Source of the DNA: an uncultured virus (IMG/VR IMGVR_UViG_2724679122_000005)
Taxonomy: Duplodnaviria; Heunggongvirae; Uroviricota; Caudoviricetes
Direction: 5' to 3' (one strand)
Virus record (IMG/VR): IMGVR_UViG_2724679122_000005
Length of the DNA stretch: 35,587 nt
Each line of letters begins with the position of its first letter. Position 1 is the stretch's first letter. This document shows positions 29,184 through 35,587 of this stretch, piece after piece. The translations under genes were made by a program, and so were the position numbers. The notes under the pieces were generated by a model. The model searched no databases, had not been told where the DNA came from, and worked only from the letters and a program-made list of their open reading frames with translations.

Positions 29184-29513
29184 ATGAATAAGTTTTTAAT
29201 TATTGTCATTCTGGGCTGTTTGTTACTTGGATGTGGAAAAACAGAAGAAGAAAAACTTAAGGATGAGAGGCAAAAACTTGATTTGCAAGTCCAGAAATTA
29301 GTTAAAGATAAATTAAAAGATGGCGATACAGCTAAGTTTCGTAATCAATGGGAGCTATGCGGTGAGGTAAATGCTAAAAATAGTTTTGGCGCCTATACTG
29401 GCTTTCAGCGCTACATAATCACAAAAGAAAAAATATACTTTGAAAATGATTATAACTCTGACCCAACATCTATAGCAGCCTTCAATCAAGTTTGGAATTC
29501 TGACTGCAAATAG
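29184..29513 (+). CDS. Moron B: lipoprotein
   Basis: Lipobox LLGC; CGEVNAKNSFGAYTGFQRYI motif; C-terminal Cys. Confidence 0.8.
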   Translation: MNKFLIIVILGCLLLGCGKTEEEKLKDERQKLDLQVQKLVKDKLKDGDTAKFRNQWELCGEVNAKNSFGAYTGFQRYIITKEKIYFENDYNSDPTSIAAFNQVWNSDCK

Positions 29514-29531
29514 CAGTAAACATTAATTTTT

Positions 29532-29560
29532 AAAAACCCCGCTAATTAGTGGGGTTTTTT
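29532..29560 (+). terminator. Moron B terminator
   Basis: AAAAACCCCGC-TAATTA-GTGGGGTTTTTT. Confidence 0.8.
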
Positions 29561-29578
29561 ATTGCCCGGAGAAAAGTA

Positions 29579-30991
29579 ATGGCCACAACTTCACTTGGCA
29601 GATTAACACTGGATCTAGTGGTTCAGACGGCTAGTTTTTCAGAGCCACTAAGTAGAGCTGAACGGCAGGCGCGAACATCGAGTCAAGGGATTGCTAATTC
29701 TTTAAATATTGCTGCTATTGCTGTAAGTGCATTGAGTGGAGCAGTGGCTGGTCTTTCAGTGGCTCAGCTTGTTAATTTTAGTGATCAAGTTATTCAGACT
29801 GGAAATGATATTCAAAAGTTTTCAAAACTTGCGAATGCTTCAGTGCGTGAATTTCAGTATTACGCCAAAGGGGCAGAAACTGCTGGAATTTCATTGGAAT
29901 CTTTTGCAGATAAAATGAAAGACATGCAGGATCGTATAGGCGATTTTCAGCAAACAGGTGGTGGGCCTTTAGCTGACTTTTTCACCAATATTGCCCCTAA
30001 AGTTGGGGTAACTATTCAACAGTTTCAGAAATTATCAGGACCTCAAGCGTTACAGCTATTTTATAATTCTTTAGAGAAAGCTGGCGCGTCAACAAATGAC
30101 ATGAAGTTTTATATGGAAGCAATCATTTCTGATTCTTCTTTGTTAATTCCATTGCTTGAAAAAAATGGTCAAGGTTTTAAGAAGTGGGGTGATGCCGCTG
30201 AAAAGGCTGGCGCTATCATGTCTGATGATTTAGTTAAGAGCTTAGCAGAAGCAAAACAAAACCTCCAGTTAATGGATCTGCAATGGCAGGGAGTCGAGGC
30301 AAGACTTGTAAATAGTGTTGTTCCTGCTATCGAAACGGTTATAGAGAATTGGGATGATATTAAAGCGGTAACTATTGCCGTATCTGCTGGCATTGCAACT
30401 AGATTTGTTCCTGCTTTGGTTGTCGCTACATATCAACTTGGGCAAACTGCTATTTTTGCTGTCCGCGCTGGTGTTGGCTTGGCAAGTTTTGCTAGGAATG
30501 CTGGAGCTACTGCTAGTGTTATGGCTTTACTTGGTGGTCCAGCCGGCATAGGCATGCTTCTAACACAGTTGGCCGTTGCTGGTGGCGCCTACTATCTGAT
30601 GACCAAACAGACTCAAGATGCTACAGGAGCTTTAGAAGATCAAGGCTTGGTGGTTGATGAGCTTAGAGACAAGTACAAAAAACTAACCGCTTCACAGCTA
30701 GCCATTAAAAGCATTGAGGCAAGTGAAGAAATTGAAAAACAGACTAAGGAGCTAAAAAGTCTTTTTACGGCTTTAGAACAATTTGAGAATGACTTGAAAG
30801 TTCAAGGTGATACCAAACAACTTAAAGGAATTCAGTTGTATCTTAATAGCTTAAAAGAGGGTGGTGATAAGGCAAAAAAAGCTTTTGCGGAACTTCAAAA
30901 ACAAGGCTTGGTTAGTGATAGTACCCTTGCATTTATTGCAGAATTAGATACAAAAATTAATGCTGCAAATAACTCTATAGATGCGGAAACT
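29579..30991 (+). CDS. Tape measure protein, N-terminal part, allele B
   Basis: Colinear homolog of 27267..28678; ATG 29579 after GGAG. Confidence 0.9.
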
Positions 30992-31091
30992 NNNNNNNNN
31001 NNNNNNNNNNNNNNNNNNNNNNNNNNNNNNNNNNNNNNNNNNNNNNNNNNNNNNNNNNNNNNNNNNNNNNNNNNNNNNNNNNNNNNNNNNN

Positions 31092-32983
31092 AGGCAAATA
31101 ATTTTGCTCAGATTGAAAGTTTGTATGGTTTGCCTGCTGGAACATTGGCAGCCTTGATTCTTCAAGAGTCTGGAGCTAATGCCGGGGCAAGAAGCCATAC
31201 CGGGGCAATAGGTCTTTTCCAAACAACGAGTGTATTTAGAAAACAGTATGGTCTTAATGCCAAAAGCTCTACCGAAGAAATTGCAACAGCGGCAGCTAAA
31301 GACTTATCAAAGCATTTGGCTGAGTTTGGAGCCATGGATAAAGCACTCATGGCCTACAATGCAGGTGCAGGTGGCTTAAGGACCTATTTAAAAGGTGGTC
31401 TATCAGATAGCAAGCGTAAAGAGGTTGCTGGTTACGCACCGGGTTTCCAGAAGTGGTTCGCCGGAGTATCTGGAAAATCTACTGTAGACAATTCAATTTT
31501 AATGCCCACACAGGCAGATCAACTTGAATTAATTAATAAGGCTGCTGAATCTCAAAAAGCCATTGATGATGCTAAAAAAGATGTCGATGCTCGGTATTAC
31601 ACCGAAGCTCAACGACTTGCAAAAGAGCATCAAGATAATATTGAAAAGATTACCTTCGCCTATGCTGGAACACCACAGTTAAAGGAAAAATTGGCTCAAG
31701 AGAATGCTTTATATGCCGCTCAAATTGCAAAACTTGAGTCCGATAAAAAGGAGGAGTACAACCAGTACTTTGCTTTTGAAACTGATCGAATCAAGCAGAT
31801 TGAACAAAACTTTGATCGACAAAAAGAGTTAATCGACTCTAATGCCGAGTATGAGTACGGGAAATCGAAAAAAGCTTTAGAGATTAAAGCTGCTCTTGAG
31901 CGTCAAAAACAAGTTGAAATTGCTGCCGTAAAACGCGAAGAAGATGCACAAATTCAGTCGGCGTTTGAGGGTTATCTAAACCAGACTGAAATTGTTGTGA
32001 AGCGTTACCAACGTGAACGTGAAGAAATACTTCAAACTTATAGTTTAAGTAAACGTGTTCGCGAAGAGATGGCAAAATCTAAGGATTATGCAATTTTTGA
32101 AACTTTAAACCAAGCTTCTGACAGCGTCTTTCAAGTTGGTCAGAACTCTGCTCAATCTCTATTTAATAGACTTAATCCTGAAGAGTTTTCAAAGTTTAAT
32201 TTGCAAAATCAATATTCTTCGGATTTCGGAGGACTCCAAACATCCTATAACGATGAAGTGTCTGGCATTAAATTGATTGAAAATGAGAGTGAGCGTAACG
32301 CTCAATTGTTGGCTGCTCGTAAACAGTTTTTGAAAGCAAAAGCTGCACTTGATGCAGATTACGCACAAAAAGAGCGTGATTTGGATCAACAGAATTTTGA
32401 AACCAAGATGCAAGTTTATTCGCAAATTGCTGGAATGACTGGGCAGGTCTTTTCAGACATGACCGCACTATTAGAGCAAAGTGTTGGGAAGTCAAATGCA
32501 CTTTACAAAACTATGTTCTTTGCTTCCAAAGCTGCTTCAATAGCTCAAGCAATTGTGAATACAGAGGAAGGTGCTACCAAGGCATTGGCACAAGGTGGGG
32601 CTTATGGAAGTGTTTTGGCTGGAGTTGTTAGGGCAACAGGTTACGCTTCAGTTGGTATCATGGCAGCTCAAACAATCCAAGGTATGGCTCATAACGGTAT
32701 AGACAATATCCCGCGTGAAGGTACATGGCTTTTAGATGGTGGTGAACGTGTACTAAACCCTCAACAGAACAAAGATTTGACGAATTATTTAAATAATCGT
32801 CAAAACGGGTCTAGTGAGGGCAATGTGCAAATCAGTCAACAGATTACGTTTGCTGATGGATCCGCAAGCGTCAATACACAAGGGCAAAAGCAAATTGCTG
32901 AATCTCTGAATAATGCAATGGATGCTTGGGCTAGACGCGAAAGCCGTCAAGGTGGTGTCTTGTTTAATCTTGTGAGACGTTAA
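31092..32983 (+). CDS. Tape measure protein, C-terminal part with SLT lytic transglycosylase domain
   Basis: ALILQES, GAIGLFQ and AYNAG SLT motifs; GMAHNGIDNIPREGTWLLDGGERV TMP C-terminal motif. Confidence 0.9.
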
Positions 32984-33012
32984 TACCCAAATTTAACCAC
33001 TTAAACCCAAAT

Positions 33013-33040
33013 AAACCCACTTAACCGAGTGGGTTTTTTT
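33013..33040 (+). terminator. Intrinsic terminator
   Basis: AAACCCACTT-AACC-GAGTGGGTTT-TTTT. Confidence 0.8.
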
Positions 33041-33059
33041 AAGGAGGCTTACTTTCTAC

Positions 33060-33401
33060 ATGAGCAACCGTAAATTCACTTGGTGCCAAGATTTAGAGGG
33101 TAATTCAGGTTCGCAGAGCTTTAATACGTTATCAAGTAAATTTGGTGACGGTTATGAGCAGAATACTTCAATTGGTATCAATAACCGATCTGGTACATGG
33201 CAATACACTAGAACAGCAGTAAAAGCCGAAATTATGCAAATCAAAGCGTTCTTCGATCAGCACAAGGGAGCGGACTCGTTCCTTTGGGATTCACCTTTAG
33301 ATGGTGAGGTCCGAGTAAAAACAGGTGAATATCAACCCCGTTGTTTAGGTGGTGATATTTGGCAAATCTCAACGACGTTCACCCAAGTTTTTTACCCTTA
33401 A
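33060..33401 (+). CDS. Minor tail protein (lambda gpM-like)
   Basis: FGDGYEQ...GINN, FFDQHKG..SFLW, TFTQVF. Confidence 0.9.
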   Translation: MSNRKFTWCQDLEGNSGSQSFNTLSSKFGDGYEQNTSIGINNRSGTWQYTRTAVKAEIMQIKAFFDQHKGADSFLWDSPLDGEVRVKTGEYQPRCLGGDIWQISTTFTQVFYP

Positions 33402-33414
33402 TTTAAACCCCTTT

Positions 33415-33440
33415 AAAGCCCCTATTTAGGGGCTTTTTTT
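33415..33440 (+). terminator. Intrinsic terminator
   Basis: AAAGCCCCT-ATTT-AGGGGCTTT-TTTT. Confidence 0.8.
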
Positions 33441-33454
33441 ATGCGAGTAAGAAA

Positions 33455-33844
33455 ATGACTAAGCAAACTATTAATGTTGGTTCAGCTGCAAATGACGGAT
33501 CAGGAACACCAGCCCGGACAGCGTTTCAGTATATAAACGCAAACTTTTCTGAGGTTTATGATTTCCTAACTGGAACTACTAATGGAACTACGATTCCAGC
33601 TGCTCTACCAATTGCAAAGGGTGGGACAGGAGCAACTTCGGCAGGGGCTGCACGGACTAATTTAGGATTGGGTGGTGCCGCAACTAGAAATGTTGGTACT
33701 ACAGCTGGTAATTTGATAGAAGTTGGCAGCTTTGGAATTGGTGGAGTAGGCCAAACTTTTGAAAGAAAAATGATTACGGGAGTAAACCTAGATTCTGTCG
33801 TTAGCTATGTATTGTTATTTCCTTATTCTGTCAGCAGCTCACCC
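33455..33844 (+). CDS. Tail fibre protein, N-terminal part
   Basis: KQTINVGSAANDGSG..RTAF..INANF.EVY anchor motif; LPIAKGGTGATS..ARTNLGLG.AATRNVGT fibre repeat. Confidence 0.8.
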
Positions 33845-33944
33845 NNNNNNNNNNNNNNNNNNNNNNNNNNNNNNNNNNNNNNNNNNNNNNNNNNNNNNNN
33901 NNNNNNNNNNNNNNNNNNNNNNNNNNNNNNNNNNNNNNNNNNNN

Positions 33945-34390
33945 TAAAAAACGATGAAGGGTTTACATCAAAGCCAGTAATTCCCGTTAAAGGGGATCGT
34001 CCGACACAGGGCTATGGTTCAACATTCAAGCCAGATGGCTCACCCGTAAAAATGACAGATCCACCAATTACACGTGCGACCGCAGATAAGTGGTTGCGAA
34101 ATGATGTGGCTAAACGTGAAGTGGCATTTAAAGATTCATTGAAGGGCGTGAAATTATCACAAACTGAATACGACCTATACCTCGATTTCACGTATCAATA
34201 CGGTGTGCCAACATTCGCAAAATCATCAATGCTTAAGCATTTAAAGGCTGGTCAATATAAAGCGGCTTGCGACTCATTACTTAAGTATAAGTACGTTGCA
34301 AAACGTGATTGTTCGATTCGCTCTAATGGTTGCTACGGGGTTTGGACCAGACAAGTAGAACGACACGCAAAATGTATAGGAGCGCAGTGA
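33945..34390 (+). CDS. Endolysin, GH24 phage lysozyme (5' in gap)
   Basis: EGF...GDRPTQGYGST, LSQTEYD..DFTYQYG, SSMLKHL, ACDSLLKY, GVWTRQ. Confidence 0.85.
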
Positions 34391-34758
34391 TGTGGATTGT
34401 ATTTGCTGCTAAATATTGGCGAGAAATCATTATTGTGTTTCTCGCTTTTTTATTGGCCATATCTTTGGCCGTACTCAATTACAAAACTGGTCAGCTAAAA
34501 GAAGCTGAACAAAAGTGTCAATCTCAGATCCAAGAGATTGAGCGCAAGAATTTGAAAGCTCTTGCAGAAAAGCAAAATCAGATCAATAAAGTGAGCGCAG
34601 ACTATGAGCAAGTCAAAGCAGAGCAAAACACTAAAGTCGAATATATTGAGCGTGAAGTGCAAAAGATCGTGGAGCGTCCTGTTTATAAGTCTAGCTGTAT
34701 TGATGATGACGGGATGCAGCAACTCAATGAACTCATTAAAGCCGGTAATACCAGCTAA
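34390..34758 (+). CDS. i-spanin (Rz-like)
   Basis: TGATG overlap; N-terminal TM helix, coiled coil and C-terminal Cys. Confidence 0.75.
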   Translation: MWIVFAAKYWREIIIVFLAFLLAISLAVLNYKTGQLKEAEQKCQSQIQEIERKNLKALAEKQNQINKVSADYEQVKAEQNTKVEYIEREVQKIVERPVYKSSCIDDDGMQQLNELIKAGNTS

Positions 34759-34897
34759 CCTCATCCAACCATGTCCTAATTTAAATGAAATTGAGGGTAC
34801 AACTGGCAAAGATTTAATGATCTGGTCAGTTGATACAGTTGCAAAATATAATGACTGCAAAGCAAGACACGGTGCGCTTGTGAAGGCTCTTGAGTAA
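34652..34897 (+). CDS. o-spanin (Rz1-like lipoprotein) overlapping the i-spanin
   Basis: Lipobox MTGC, IPANLIQPCP, YNDCKARH; start uncertain (GTG 34652 or ATG 34604). Confidence 0.8.
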   Translation: MKCKRSWSVLFISLAVLMMTGCSNSMNSLKPVIPANLIQPCPNLNEIEGTTGKDLMIWSVDTVAKYNDCKARHGALVKALE

Positions 34898-34906
34898 TGA
34901 CTTTTT

Positions 34907-34957
34907 AGTGTGCAATTATTTGCTCAATAATCTGGATAATTGCACATTTTGAGCAAA
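34907..34957. repeat. Two interleaved inverted repeats
   Basis: TGTGCAATTAT (34909-19)/ATAATTGCACA (34936-46) and TTGCTCAA (34920-27)/TTGAGCAA (34949-56). Confidence 0.7.
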
Positions 34958-34992
34958 ATTATTCTCATCTCTTTTTCTCTCGAGGTTTTATC

Positions 34993-35187
34993 ATGCAGCA
35001 ATTAATGATTATGGTCACAGAAGTTGGAAAGCTTGAGCACACATGTAATTTGCTTGCTGAGGTAAACAAAGGCGGTAAAGTCCTAAAGGTTTTCGACTAC
35101 AACGGCAATCAATTACCAATAAACATTGATGGTACTGTGACATTTAATAGGCGCCGTTGGGAATTACCATCTAAAGTTGAGCTTTAG
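34993..35187 (+). CDS. Small hypothetical protein
   Basis: RBS GAGGT; 64 aa; converges on the integrase. Confidence 0.65.
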   Translation: MQQLMIMVTEVGKLEHTCNLLAEVNKGGKVLKVFDYNGNQLPINIDGTVTFNRRRWELPSKVEL

Positions 35188-35587
35188 CCGCCTGAACAAT
35201 CAACTCATTATGATTTTTAAACTTTTTCTCTAAATCTCGAGTGTTTTTAGGGAAATAAATTCTATTTAGAATCAACTCTTTTGCCACATCTGAAATGATG
35301 ACTTTTTCAATCATATTCATTGCTTTTCGCAAATCCTCAAAACTTACTTGTACGTAGCCGTCTGTCACATCTTGACTATCATCTTCGGTTGTGTGGTTGA
35401 TTAGGCGCTTAATTGTATAACTACCTATAGCCAAGCTATTGGCGATTGTACTGAAAGTACGGCGTAAATCATGAAAAGTGAACTCAATACCAGTGCTTTC
35501 AGTCACAGCTTCACGAGCATGACGTTTATCTATAATATGCGACTTGTTCCGAAAGTCCGGAAACACATATTTCCCATCCGGATTCAT
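35171..35587 (-). CDS. int: Tyrosine integrase, C-terminal part (5' beyond window)
   Basis: IEFTFHDLRRTFSTIANSLAIGSYTIKRLINH...DVTDGY; homolog of 15654..17030. Confidence 0.9.
   Translation of the reverse strand: MNPDGKYVFPDFRNKSHIIDKRHAREAVTESTGIEFTFHDLRRTFSTIANSLAIGSYTIKRLINHTTEDDSQDVTDGYVQVSFEDLRKAMNMIEKVIISDVAKELILNRIYFPKNTRDLEKKFKNHNELIVQAAKAQL

Noticed and set aside
33455..34390. Apparent tail fibre-lysozyme fusion, and other gap-spanning ORFs such as 27267..28856 and 29549..32983
   Set aside because: Artefacts of translating through 100-N spacers
3350..34860. Numerous short antisense or alternate-frame ORFs in the track
   Set aside because: Shadows of well-supported genes with no RBS or motifs, except the o-spanin and the T extension

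Overview
Ten contig fragments joined by nine 100-N spacers (910-1009, 4772-4871, 7361-7460, 9949-10048, 14077-14176, 17225-17324, 28679-28778, 30992-31091, 33845-33944). Almost all of it is siphoviral prophage DNA. The host is most likely Acinetobacter baumannii, inferred from the EptA/PmrC, IS end and phage proteins. Two phage types are present, each apparently in at least two allelic copies. Type 1 (1-17224) has tail-tip genes, a GH108 lysis cassette, cargo genes and a tyrosine integrase next to the 3' end of 6S RNA (ssrS). Its cargo is a TPR-like + HEPN pair, a Zur-boxed ZnuD-like TonB receptor, eptA and a lipoprotein. Type 2 (17325-35587) is an HK97-like cos phage with head/tail genes, a GH24 lysin plus spanins and a homologous integrase. 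The most interesting signals are: a two-gene HEPN cassette in the tail operon; a ~143-nt multi-stem RNA-like element between terS and terL; a swappable moron slot whose start codons are buried in hairpins; a tail-tip J with gp38-like hypervariable loops; and a 43-aa lipoprotein in the spanin slot. The homopolymer frameshifts are probably sequencing errors. All family assignments come from motif recognition by eye, not from database searches.
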